Both the position numbers and the translations under genes were made by a program. A DNA stretch of 64,000 nt from Geosiphon pyriformis uo1 (Eukaryota; Fungi; Glomeromycota): positions 190,880 to 254,879 of the forward strand of contig JAAOMT010000647.1 in NCBI GenBank assembly GCA_016748015.1, in the 5' to 3' direction. Positions within the stretch are counted from its first letter, which is position 1, and the number at the start of each line of letters is the position of its first letter. Below the pieces are notes generated by a model. That model searched no databases and was not told where the DNA came from. It saw nothing but the letters and a program-made list of their open reading frames with translations. Positions 27,953 to 39,867 of the stretch are shown one piece after another.

Positions 27953-29335
27953 ATGAATATACAAAAATATCAACAATTACAACATTATATAAACACTCAA
28001 TAGTTCAAGGAGAATTTATCTCAAATGGAACAAAAGAGTATCAAACAACAATTAAAATATTTTATTACTCACTAAAATATACTTTATCAGAAAAATAGAA
28101 GGGATCTAGATCAACCAACCAGAGTAATTACAGAGCCAGAAAAAGAGACAATATTATTCAACATGCACTTAAATCCAACAGTAAGACATTTTCACAAAGA
28201 AGCAACCATGGAAAGAACCAAAAAGAGATACTATTGGCCATCAATATACCCAGACATTATTCAATATGTTCAAAATTGTGATGCTTGTCAGCAAAGAGAA
28301 GAAACAAGACCCAGTGAACCATTAAGACCAATCAAAGTGGGACAACTATTCAACCATATTGAAATTGATTTAGTTAGACCATTAACAATTACCAGCAGAG
28401 GAAACAGATACATAGCAGTAGCTATGGACTATCTCACTAAATAGCCAGAAGTGAAAGCAATTCAAAGAGTGAATGCAGAATCCGTTGCCGAATTCGTTCA
28501 TCAGGATTTGATTTGTCAACATGGATGTCCAAAAGAATTATTATCAGACCAAAGAACTTATTTTGTAAACAAAACATTAACAGAATTGAGCCAAAGATTC
28601 GGAATTAAGAGACCACTATCATTACCATACCATCCACAAACCAATGTATTAGTCGAAAGATTTAACAGAACATTGTGTGAAACAATAGCTAAACTCAGCC
28701 AAAAAAACCAGAATGATTGGGATTTGTTGATACCATCAGTACTATTTGCTTATCAGACAATGAAGCAAGATACTATACAAGCAACACTATTTGAATTGAT
28801 ATATGGTAGAACAGCAACACTACCAGTGGAAATAGAAGTCAGCACATACCCAACCAGACCAATAACAGAGGAGAATTTCAAAAATACATTGTTGAGAAGA
28901 ACATATGACTTAATGGAAACACTAGAAAACAAACAACAAAGAGCAGTTGATAACATACAAAAGTCACAAGACAAACAAAAAGAAAGACATAATAACCAAC
29001 TACCAGATAAACCAGTTGAATTCAGGATTGGAGACAAAGTATTACTATATTATACCAAATCGGAAAAACAATGGAGTAGAAAATTTGATCCCAAATAGAA
29101 TGGATCATTTCACATAGAAAAAATTCTAGGAAATGGAGCTTACAAATTAAGATTGGATAACAAAATTTTAACCAAAGCAGCACATGGAGATCAACTGAAA
29201 CCATATCACAACATCACACTACCATCTATTAGTAATATTTCACAATTAGGAGTACAGAGAATACTAGTCCAACCAAATAAGATTCCACGAGATCTAGAAC
29301 CAATCATTATTATTGACAACAACACATTAAATTAA
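27953..29335 (+). pseudogene. Element D ORF2 integrase
   Basis: ATG at 27953 (MNIQKYQQL). HHCC, IDLV, SDQ and VERFN motifs. Length 1383 nt. Confidence 0.9.
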
Positions 29336-29359
29336 TCCATCAAAAGAATATATAAAGAC

Positions 29360-30005
29360 ATGGTAGACGTGACAGGAAATATCAGAAAAATGGAAATTAC
29401 AGACAACATTTACTCACTAGCACAACAACTCTTTCAATTAATCCAACACTAGGAAATGGAGATTACAATCAATCAACAAACCATTCAATATCAAGATACT
29501 AAAAAGACATTGCAACTCAGAACACAGAAAAAACTGAAAATACTGTGGACAAAATCATGGCAAAAGTAAAATTAGCAATAAAAGAGTCGACAAAAGAGTC
29601 ACTATATCAAGAGTTGACTAAAGAAACTTGAAACTGGTGGATACAACAATTTCCACGAAACTATTGTTATTTTTACTTAGGATGACATGTAAATATCCAG
29701 AATCTATATATGGATAAGACAAAATGATTATTTGACAAAAGAATACTACAATAATTAGAACATTTTGTGGGAAAAAACAGGCCCAAGCCATATACCAAAT
29801 ACACACAGCATTTCAGGATAGACCAGAAATATTGCTCAACAAAGCAATGGATATGATTACCAGTAATCAATTGGGAAAAATCACCAATGCTCAATTTAAA
29901 GAATTACAGACCCAAATAACACAAGTAATTCTCGAAAACAAAATCCAGGAAATACTTCAAGAGGGGGAGTTAAATGAGTTGGATTTCAACAGAGCTCAAT
30001 ATTAA
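29360..30005 (+). pseudogene. Element D ORF3, unknown protein
   Basis: Homologous to 57322-57981; small deletions and stops. Confidence 0.72.
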
Positions 30006-30018
30006 AAAGAGGAAATAA

Positions 30019-30915
30019 TATTACTCATAAAAATATAAGAAATATATTAGCATGATTATTAGCCAATCAGAAGTAAGCATAGTAAATGTAGAATTCCAGG
30101 ATTCCTCTCAGGAATTGCAGGATTCCAGGAATTTCAGGATTCCCCGACAAAGAATTGCAGGATTCCAGAATTGCAGAATTCCTCTCAAAGGAATTGCAGA
30201 ATTCCAGGAAGGATTCCTGTTGTGAAGAATTGAAGAATTGAGGAATCTCAATAATGTATATATAGCAATAGTATTAGAAACAGAAAAAACAGAATTGATA
30301 TGACAGAATTCTTAGCCCAGAAACACAATCATCAAATAAATAATTATTTCATATCTCAATCCACTCCTTACTATCAACACTTCATGTTGATAGTAATTGA
30401 TACTTAACTACACTGAAACAATAGCTCTTGATTATGGCTATTGACAGGATACTAATCTACAAATTGCCTTGGCTTATTTTCTTTATTTCATTTTCTTTTC
30501 TTTCTTTTCTTTTCTTTTCTTTCTTTGTGTTGTTTTGTTGTTATATACTAATTGATTAAAAGATTAAGCACTGAGTTATTGACATCAAGGATAGTCTGGT
30601 AAAAGACCCAGAAATAAGGGTAGGATTTTATATATTATCAGATAGCTTACCAGAAGGGCATGACTGCCAGACTAAATCTGGCCACCACACTGAAAAAAAA
30701 ATTGGGAAAACTCTTGGAAAGATACATCTACTATTAACACTATTGAATCTCTGTCTGTTATACAAAGAACTCAACCCAAAACCTTCAGATATCAAAACCT
30801 TCAGATATTAAAACTTTCAGATTACCAATACCAACATCCACATCAAGATAGCTTTTGGAGCACCAAGTTACGGATTTGTTATTTAATTCCACAGCAAAAA
30901 TAATCACCTGTAATA
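30019..30915 (+). repeat. 3' LTR of element D
   Basis: Follows the PPT; colinear with 20773-21658. Confidence 0.93.
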
Positions 30916-31059
30916 CTATTAACCAATAGAGAAGAATGAACAACATACAAATAAAAAAAATAAGAAATAGAGTCAAACAAACAATACTGGAAAATAAAGT
31001 ATTAGAGCTAATTCAAAATGATGATTTCGACAGAGCTCAATATTAAAAGGAGAAGATAA

Positions 31060-31935
31060 TATTACTTATAAAAAGAAAACAGATATAAGAAAATAGTAGA
31101 CCAATAAGAAAATAGTAAGTAGCATATGAGCATATTGCTCAACAATGTCAGAAATCACAGCACATTGCTTAGCAATATGAAACAATATCAGAAGTCATGA
31201 CACATTGCTTAGCGATGTGGAGTGATGTTAGAAAATTAGGGCACATTGCTCAGCAATGTAAACATTGCTCAAAAAAATCATAGCACATTGCTCAAAAATA
31301 TGAGCAATCTTGTAAAACATCAATTATGTATATATAGCAATAGTATTAGAAGTAAAAAAAACAGAATCTTTTAGTTAGAGACCTTCTAGTTTAAATTTGA
31401 TCTAAACAATCTTCCACATTACAATATCAATAAAATAAATATTTATTATCTCAATCCACTCTCCATTATCAACACTCTATGTTGAAAAAAGTTAATACTT
31501 AAACACACTGGAACAATGACTCTTGATCACAGCTATTAATGGGATACTAACTTGCAAACGCCTTGGCTTATTGTCTTTTCCTATTTTTTTTTATTTTCTT
31601 TTCTTTGATTATTTTGTTGTGTTTACTAATTGATTAAAAAGATTAAGTGCTGAATTACTGACATCAAGGATTACCTGATAAAAGACCCCTGCAAGTGGAT
31701 AGAGCACGTAAAAGACTTATGGATTACTTACCAGAGGATTGCCAGCCACCATGCTGAGAAAAAAATTGACAGAATTGTGATTCTGAAAAGCTACAAAAAA
31801 ACAACTAGTGAATCTCTGCCATTATACAAAGAACTCAACAAAAACCTTTAAATACTACCAACATCTATATATCAATTGAGCACCAAGTTATGGGTTTGTT
31901 ATTTGATTTGAGACCCCAAATAATCACTTGTAACA
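31060..31935 (+). repeat. 3' LTR of element B
   Basis: Follows PPT AAAAGGAGAAGATAA; colinear with 267-1139. Confidence 0.93.
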
Positions 31936-31939
31936 ATGG

Positions 31940-34296
31940 TTCCAGCTCCATTCAAATAGCAATAATAATAATGATGATTCAAACTCTAATGCCAACTTCA
32001 AACAATATATCATGCTCCCTAATCTCTCTAAGAAGTAAGAACTCAAATGGTTCAGCAATAATGATGAAAGCATTATGCCAAAACATGTGCATGATACCAA
32101 TACAAGATTTGATCTGAAATATCCAGGAAAAAAAGCCATAAAATTGGAACCATATTTACACATCTATATTGATCTCAAAGTAACAATAGAAATTCCAATA
32201 ACAACAATGATTTAGCTAGCTTTTAGAAATAGTTTAGCAAAAAAAGGGATCAATATCAAAGAAGGAATAATTGATGCAGGATATGTGAAAAATATTATTA
32301 CAATGCTACAAAATGACTCAAAAAAGGTCTACATCATAGAGCCCAACAAAAAAATAGCACAGGCAATATTTCTGCCTCTGGTTAAAATAGCTCAGTTAAT
32401 ATCAGTGAGAAAAGGAGAAATTAGAGATTACAGCTAAAGAGATTAGTGAATTTAGATCCACAGAAAAAATAGATATACCAGTTAATATGGCAGAAGAAGA
32501 GATTATTGACAAAAGAAAAATTATCTCCACTCATCAACCAATCTCTATTTCACTATATGGCCAATATATATTAGCCATAGAAAAGAAAGTAAAGGATTAG
32601 GCCCAAATGTTTAAAGCAGAAACTAAAATTTGCAAATCAGGAAAGATTGGACTTACGAATTTGTACATATTAGCCAAAAGTCTAAAACACATAAAAATTC
32701 TCATTTACAACACAACTGGAGATGTTATCGAAATACCAAAATGAATCATTATCAGATATATAAGCACAGAAGTAGAAAATTAACTACCAAACACCATTCC
32801 AGATTTTCTACAGCTTTGCAGATATGTAAATATCACATCACAAACCATCTATAGATAAAACAAATGCTATTTGCTCCAATCAAAACAATTAGAACAAATG
32901 AACATAAAAAACTTAAACCCACTTCAACATATACAACTCAAAATGTTACTCAACAACTTCACCAACATTTTTGCAAGTAAAAATGAATTTGCCAGAACTG
33001 ACATAATCCAATACCAGATCAAGATGGGAGATGCAATGCCAATCAAACAAAAAGCATACTAAGTACTACTAGCAAGTCATGAAATCATCTAACAAGAGAT
33101 CAATTGGATGTTAAACAACAAGTTAATTCAACTATTAATGAGTTTATAGTTGTCACTAGTGGTATTAATCTGTAAAAAAATAGAAAAATCAGTTTTTGTG
33201 TGGATTACAGAAAGCTTAATAAAGTAACTTATGGAGACAGTTATTCAACTTTATGAATTCAGGAACTATTCGATACTTTCAGTAGGAACAAATGGTTTTC
33301 AACACTGAATTTAGACAGTGGTTATTGGCAAGAAGTCATGAATTCAGCTGACAAAAAAAAGACTGCATTCACAATAAGAGAAAGAAATTTTGAATTTGAA
33401 GTAATACTATTTGGCTTAATAAATACTCCAGCCATGTTCCAATAGCTAATAGAAATTATTTACACTGAACTACTATGGAAATCAGTAGTTGTGTACTTAG
33501 ATAACACCAATGTGTTTTCCAAGACATTTGATGATCATTTACACTATCTCCAACAAGTGTTTGAAAGACTAAGAAGAGCCAAATTAAAGTTAAATATGAC
33601 CAAGTGTTTCTTTGGAAAAACTGAACTCAAGTTCTTAGGACATATTATAAGCAAAGACAGTATCAAAACAGATCCAGACAAGATTGAAACTGTCAAGAAC
33701 TTTCTAGTACCAAATAATCTCACAAAACTAAGAGCATTCTTGGAATTTGCAGGGTACTATCACCACTTTATTCAGAACTTTTCAAAAATAGCTCAACCAC
33801 TCTACCAGCTTCAAGCCAAAAATGTGAAATACAAATAGACTGGAAAGCAACAAAAAGCTTTTAATATTTTGAGAAAAAAACTTATTCAAGCTCTAGTACT
33901 GATCTATTCAGATTACAACAAGCTATTTATCATCACAACTAATGCATCAGGTCAAGCATTGGGAGCAGTACTATTACAGAAAAAACTGGATGAAAGAAAA
34001 TGTCCAGTAGCTTATATCAGCTGAAGCTTAAGTCCAGCAGAAAAAAATTATAGAACACTAGTACTAGAACACTTAGCTATTTATTGAGCAGTTATAAAAT
34101 AGAAAGAATACTTAAGCCAGAAATTTGATATATACACTGATCACAAAGAATTGACATCAATCCAAAAACAAAAATTTGGAGATGACTGCCATACCAGATA
34201 GAAAATAGAACTTTTACCATTCAAATATATAGTACATTATAAAAAGGGAAAAAAAATGAAAATGCTGATGGTTTATTGTAGATAAAACAAATTTAA
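31940..34296 (+). pseudogene. Element A ORF1 3' part: dUTPase-RT-RNaseH (heavily decayed)
   Basis: RFDLKYP, IIDAGYV, YLDN, RAKLKLNMTKCFFG, TNASGQALGAVL. Confidence 0.85.
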
Positions 34297-34327
34297 GAAT
34301 ATTTCAACCCAAAAATATAACAAAAAG

Positions 34328-35707
34328 ATGAATACATAAAAATATTAACAACTCCAATATTATATAAATACCCAATTGTTCAAGGAGAAATTATTTCAAA
34401 AAAAACAAAACAACATCAAACAACAATCCAAATATTTTACCACTCACCAAAATATACTTTATTAAAAGAACAAAAGAAATCTAGATCAACTAATCAGAGT
34501 AATTACAGAATTAGAGAAAGAAACAATATTATTCAACATGCATTCCAATCTAACAACAGGACATTTTCACAAAAAAACAACTATAAAAAAAACTAGAAAG
34601 AGATACTATTGGCCATCAATATATCCAGACATTATTCAATATGTGCAAAATTGTGATGTTTATCAGAAAAGAGGAAGAACAAAACCAAGCAAACCACTAA
34701 GACCAATTAAGGTGAAACAACCATTTAATCACATTAGAATTGACTTAGTCAAACCATTAACAATTATCAGCAAAGATAACAGATATATTGTAGTAGCCAT
34801 GGATTATTTTACTAAGTAACCAGAAGCAAAACCCATTCAAAAAACAGATGCAAAATCCATTGCTGAATTCATTCACCAAGATTTGATTTGTTAACACAGA
34901 TGTTCAAAAGAATTACTATCCGACCAAAGAACTCACTTTGTAAATAGAATATTGGCAGAATTAAGCCAAAAATTTGAAATTAAATGACCATTATTATTAC
35001 CATATCATCCACAAACCAATAGCTTAGTCAAAAAATTCAATAGAACACTGTGTGAAGCAATCACTAAAATCAGTTAAAAAAACCAGAATGAATGAAACTT
35101 GTTTATACTATTAGTATTATTTGCTTATTGAACAATAAAGCAAGATACTATACAAGCAACACCATTTGAATTAGTATATGATAGAACAACAACACTATTA
35201 GTTAAAATAGAAATCAACACATACTCAACAGAACCAATAACAGAAGACAATTTTCAAGAAACATTATTAAGAAGAATGTATAACTTAATAGAAATCTTGA
35301 AAAACAAATGACAAAAAGTAGCTGACAACATTCAAAAGTCACAAACAAAACAAAAAAAATGGCATAATAACCAATTACCAAATAAACCAGTTAAATTCAA
35401 AATTGGAGACAAAGTACTTTTATATCATACCAAAGTGAAAAAACAATGGAATAGAAAATTTGACCCCAAATAGAATGGACCATTTTACATAGAAAAAATT
35501 CTAAAAAATAAAGCTTATAAATTAAGATGGGATAACAAAATATTAACCAAAGCAGTACATGGTAATTGACTAAAACTCTATCACAATATAGCACTATCTA
35601 TTAATAATATTCTACAATTGGAAGTACAGAAAATACTAGTTTAACCAGAAAAGATTTCACAAGATTTAGAACCAATAATAATCATTGACACAAACATATT
35701 AAATTAA
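34328..35707 (+). pseudogene. Element A ORF2 integrase
   Basis: MHSNLTTGHF..RYYWP; ORF fragment 34538-34819. Confidence 0.85.
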
Positions 35708-35758
35708 AACACTAGAACTTTATATAAAGAGTTGATATGTGACAAAGATATCAGAAAA

Positions 35759-36391
35759 ATGGAAATTACTAATAATATTTACACACTAGTGCAGCAACTC
35801 TTCCAACTGATTTAACAACAAAACATGAAAATTACAATTAACCAACAAACTATTCGATATAAAAATACAAAGAAAAAATATCAATTTGAAGTACAGAAAA
35901 AACCAGAAAACACCATTAACAAGATAATTACAAAAGTAAAATTAGCAATAGAAAGTCAACCAAAGGTTACATTATACCAAGAGTTAACCAAAAAAATTTG
36001 GAATTGGTGAATACAACAATTTTTAAGAAACTTTGGTTATTTCCACTTGGGACAACACCTGAATATTCAGAACTTATATACAGATAAAACAAAATGATTA
36101 TTTGACACAACAATATTACAACAACTTAAGCAATTTGTGGAAAAAAACAATCTAACAATATAAGCACAAGCCATATATCGATTACATATTGGATTTTAAG
36201 ACTGACCAGAGATATTACTCAATACAGTAATGGACACAGTTACTACAAATCAAATGGGAAAAATAACCAATGCCCAATTTAAAAAATTACAAATTAGAAT
36301 AACACAAGTAATTTTAGAAAAAGAAGTTCAAAAAATAATTCAAAATAGAAAGTTAGAAAAGTTAAGAGATTTTGACAAAGCTCAATCTTAA
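35759..36391 (+). pseudogene. Element A ORF3
   Basis: MEITNNIYTLVQQLFQ..KVKLAI..IWNW aligns with ORF3 of F. Confidence 0.7.
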
Positions 36392-36405
36392 AAAGAAGAA
36401 AATAA

Positions 36406-37253
36406 TATTACTTATAGAAGATAAAAAATATATTAGCATATAAATTAGCCAATTAGAAGTAGACATAGTAAAAATGTGGAATTTCAGAATTCCTCTTAGA
36501 GAAATTACAGGATTCCAAGAATTTTAGGATTCTCATATAAGGAATTGCAGGATTTCAGAATTCCAAAATTTTTTTTAAAAGAATTGCAAAATTCCAGAAA
36601 TTTCAAAATTTCTGGTGTAAAAAATTGAGGAATTGAGAAATTTCAATTATGTATATATAAGTAGTAACATTAGAAGCAGAAAAAACAAACCTCTTAAGTT
36701 TAAATTTTATCTAAGCAATCTTTCAAATCAATATCAATAAATAATTATTTGTTATCTCAATCTACCCTCTACTATTAATACTTCATGTTAATAGTAATGA
36801 ATACTTAACCACACTAAAACAATAGCTCTTGAATATGGCTATTAATGAGATACTAACTTGAATTGTCATGGCTTATTTTGTTTATTTTATTTTCTTTATT
36901 TTTTTTGTTGTTTACTAATTGATTAAAAATTAAGCACTGAATTATTGATGTTACAGATAGCCTGGTAAAAGACCCAGAGATAAGAGTAAAAATTATATAT
37001 TTTAACAGATAGCTTACCAGAAGGACATAACTACCAGAATAAACTGGCCACCAAGCTAAAGAAAAAAATTAGGAAACATATTACCAAAGACTTATATACT
37101 GTAAACATTAAATTTCTGTTCATTATACAAAGGACTCAACCCAAAACTTTCAGATTCAACAAAATCTTCAGATATTACCAATCATATTAGCAATTAAACT
37201 CCAAGTTATGAGTTTTTTATTTGTTTCAAGACTCCAAATAATCATCTGTAATA
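36406..37253 (+). repeat. 3' LTR of element A
   Basis: Follows a decayed PPT; beta-type U3; ends TGTAATA (decayed GTAACA). Confidence 0.88.
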
Positions 37254-38057
37254 GTGCAATTCAAGCTTCCATAGAAGACAGCTTTTTCTTGCAGTCTTTG
37301 CACCTGAGTAGTATATATAATAACTCTTGTTTGATATTAATCAAATAAGATCTTTCTTAGCCACTGGTTATTTTTTCTGTGGTGGTAGTTTCTTTAAATT
37401 TGTCTTTTTCTTTCTTTTTTCTCTTATTATTCCAAAAAAGTATTGGCAGCAACTTGTTGTAATCATTGTCAGTCCATGAAACTTGGTATGCTTCTTAGAT
37501 AGGTTTTTTTTTCTTGAATTCTATTAGCAATGTTGACATGGTAGTGATTTTAAAATGACCACAAGTTACTGGTACTTGTGTGTGTTGCCCATTTTAACTG
37601 AGTTGTAATTCTTGCATGGTCTAATTAAATACAGCATTAGTTTTGAACAGCCAGTTATTACCAACAAGAGCTTAGTATTAGGTGGCTTTTATTATTAATA
37701 CTTTGATGAGAATAGTAATACTATTGATTTTAAAAGAGAGGTTATTGATTTTGCTGATTGGCATTTTTATTGCTCTATTAGCAGTTATTATTCTGGTGCT
37801 GACAGCACAATTAACTTGATGATCTAATTGGTCCATAAGTTGTTGTGTAATAATGCTGCCTGCTAAACTGCTATTAAGAATTAGTTTAATAGAGTAGCCA
37901 TTAACTTTTATATTAGTGTACATGGGCATAATTGATTTGACATTAAGAGTGGCTTCACTAAATAGAGTTGTTATTGTTGGTTTTTTAAGTTCAAAAAAAA
38001 AAATGACTTCTAATGAGTTGTTATTGGTAATAGTTGCTGATGAAATATTGTTAATAA
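37254..38057 (-). pseudogene. Family-1-like element E fragment: end of gag, protease, start of the Cys-rich domain (host of A)
   Basis: KLILNSSLAGSIITQQLMDQL and CKDCKKKLSSM on the minus strand. Confidence 0.82.
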
Positions 38058-38999
38058 TGTTACCGGAGGTTTTTGATCTCTTTTCTTGAATGTTGTAAAT
38101 GTTAATTTGCTGTGAATTCACATTCTCAGAAAGTAGTTGGACCTCCAATAACTGAATTTATCTTCAAATTATCTTCTATAATTTGAACTGCTGGACTTAT
38201 AAGTAGAATAGCCAATTCTTTGCCAGTTACTTTGTGTAGTTATATTGTAATAAATATTAACTCTTTTCCAGGAATTGCTCTTCTAGAAGCTCACTAAAAA
38301 TGTGTAGTTACTTTGCTGAGAAAGTCAACTCTTCTACAGGAATCTTGTCTGTAGGCTACCCTAATAATTATAATAAAAAAAGAAAGAAAAATAAAAGAAA
38401 TGTAAAAGAAATAGAATTTTATCAAAGGAAACGTTTTCTATTCAGGCCTGGAGTCATTAACAGTTTATTGAAATTGGTAGCTAATTAATTTCAAAACAAT
38501 AGTTGTGTTGAGAAAATTTCAAGTATAATAATTTAAGGATTTGGTTTTCGAATATTTAATTTTTATTTGAATTTACAAAAGATGATTTGTTTCAATTAAG
38601 ATATCTAAAGTAGAATGCTATGGTAAGATACTATGAGAAGATACATTTTCTTGAAAAAAAAAGCTCCTCTTTTATACAACTTGTTGTAGTACTAGTCTTT
38701 GAACTTGCATTTTTCTCTTTGCTACAATTTGGGTGAACTAAAGATATATTTCGGCGAATTTACAAGTTATTTCACTGAGCTATTGATTTTTTTGGCGAAT
38801 TTTCATTAATTTCAGTGAATTTTGACTATGTTAAAAGGTTCAGGATATTGTGTAATTTGATCATCTTAATTTCTAAAGTACAAATCAGATTATTGATTGA
38901 GTAATGATATTTGATAATTTGATTAAATAATAAGTGATAATCAAATTAATAATAATATATGCTAATTAATAATAGGAATTTTTAAGGGTAATTTCATGC

Positions 39000-39867
39000 T
39001 GTTACTCATAGAAATATAGGAAATATATTAGCATAATTATTAGCCAATCAGAAGTAAGTATAATAAATGTGGAATTTCAGGATTCCTCTCAGGAATTGCA
39101 GGATTCCAGGAATTTCAGAATTCCCAATAAGGAATTGCAGGATTCCAGAATTCCAGAATTCCTCTCAAAGGAATTGCAGAATTCCAGGAATTCCAGGATT
39201 CCTGTCATGAAGAATTGAGGAATTGAGGAATCCCAATTATGTATATATAACAGTAGTGTTAGAAACAGAAAAGACAGAATCGATACCACAGAATCCTTAG
39301 CCAAGAAACAAAATTATCAAATAAATAATTATTCCATATTTCAATTCACTCTCCACTATCAACACTTTATGTTGATAGTAATTGATACTTAACCACACTG
39401 GAACAATAGCTCTTGATCATGGCTATTGATGGAATACTAATCTGCCAAACTGCCTGGGCTTATTTCTTTTCTTTCTTTATTTTCTTGTATTTTCTTTTCT
39501 TTATTTTATTTGATTTGATTGTTATGTATTCTAATTGATTAAAAGATTAAGCACTGAGTTATTGACGTCAAGGATAGCCTGGTAAAAGACCCAGAAATAA
39601 GGATAGGATTTTATATATTATCGGATAACTTACCAGAAGAACATGGCTGCCAGACTAAATCCAGCCACCATGCTGAGAAAAAAATTGGGAAAACAACTTA
39701 AAAATACAACTACTATCAACCTTATTGAATCTCTGTCCATTATACAAAGGACTCAACCAAAACCTTCAGATAACAATACCTTCAGAACATCATCAATGGA
39801 ACTAGCTTTGAGCACCAAGTTACAGGTTTGTTATTTAATTCAACAGCTGAAATAATCACCTGTAACA
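39000..39867 (+). repeat. 5' LTR of element F
   Basis: TGTTAC..GTAACA termini, CCAAT box, beta repeats, TATA ~39242; followed by the PBS. Confidence 0.93.

Larger units (their letters stand above)
20773..30915 (+). mobile_element. Ty3/Gypsy family-1 element D, full length (10.1 kb), inserted in ORF3 of B
   Basis: LTRs 20773-21658 and 30019-30915. TSD CTAT at 20769-20772 and 30916-30919. PBS 21659-21677, PPT ~30004-30018. Confidence 0.94.
20238..31046 (+). pseudogene. Element B ORF3 (divergent subtype), split by element D (segments ~20238-20772 and 30920-31046)
   Basis: IAQQLFQ..CYYQL..IYHLHSIFQNYP..FDRAQY* aligns by eye with ORF3 of C, D and F. Confidence 0.7.
267..31935 (+). mobile_element. 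Ty3/Gypsy family-1 element B (about 10.2 kb net of three nested inserts)
   Basis: LTR pair 267-1139 and 31060-31935. TSD ATGG at 263-266 and 31936-31939. PBS after the 5' LTR, PPT before the 3' LTR. Confidence 0.92.
1..37253 (+). mobile_element. Ty3/Gypsy family-1 element A, 3' part only (segments 1-266 and 31936-37253), interrupted by element B
   Basis: 1-266 encodes the Cys-rich/NDS linker (LCNHCLILCDFQYCNECDL..DDENNG). It continues at 31940 (SSSIQ..) into dUTPase, RT, RH, IN, ORF3, a PPT and the 3' LTR 36406-37253. Confidence 0.88.

Noticed and set aside
37678-38148. 156-aa ORF as a standalone gene
   Set aside because: Chance fusion of a family-2 LTR end with the protease region of E.
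39664-39675. Perfect Kozak GCCACCATG in the LTR as the Gag start
   Set aside because: Paired LTRs show CATG/CACA or CAAG here, so the ATG probably arises from CpG decay. The same applies to the ATG at ~39796.
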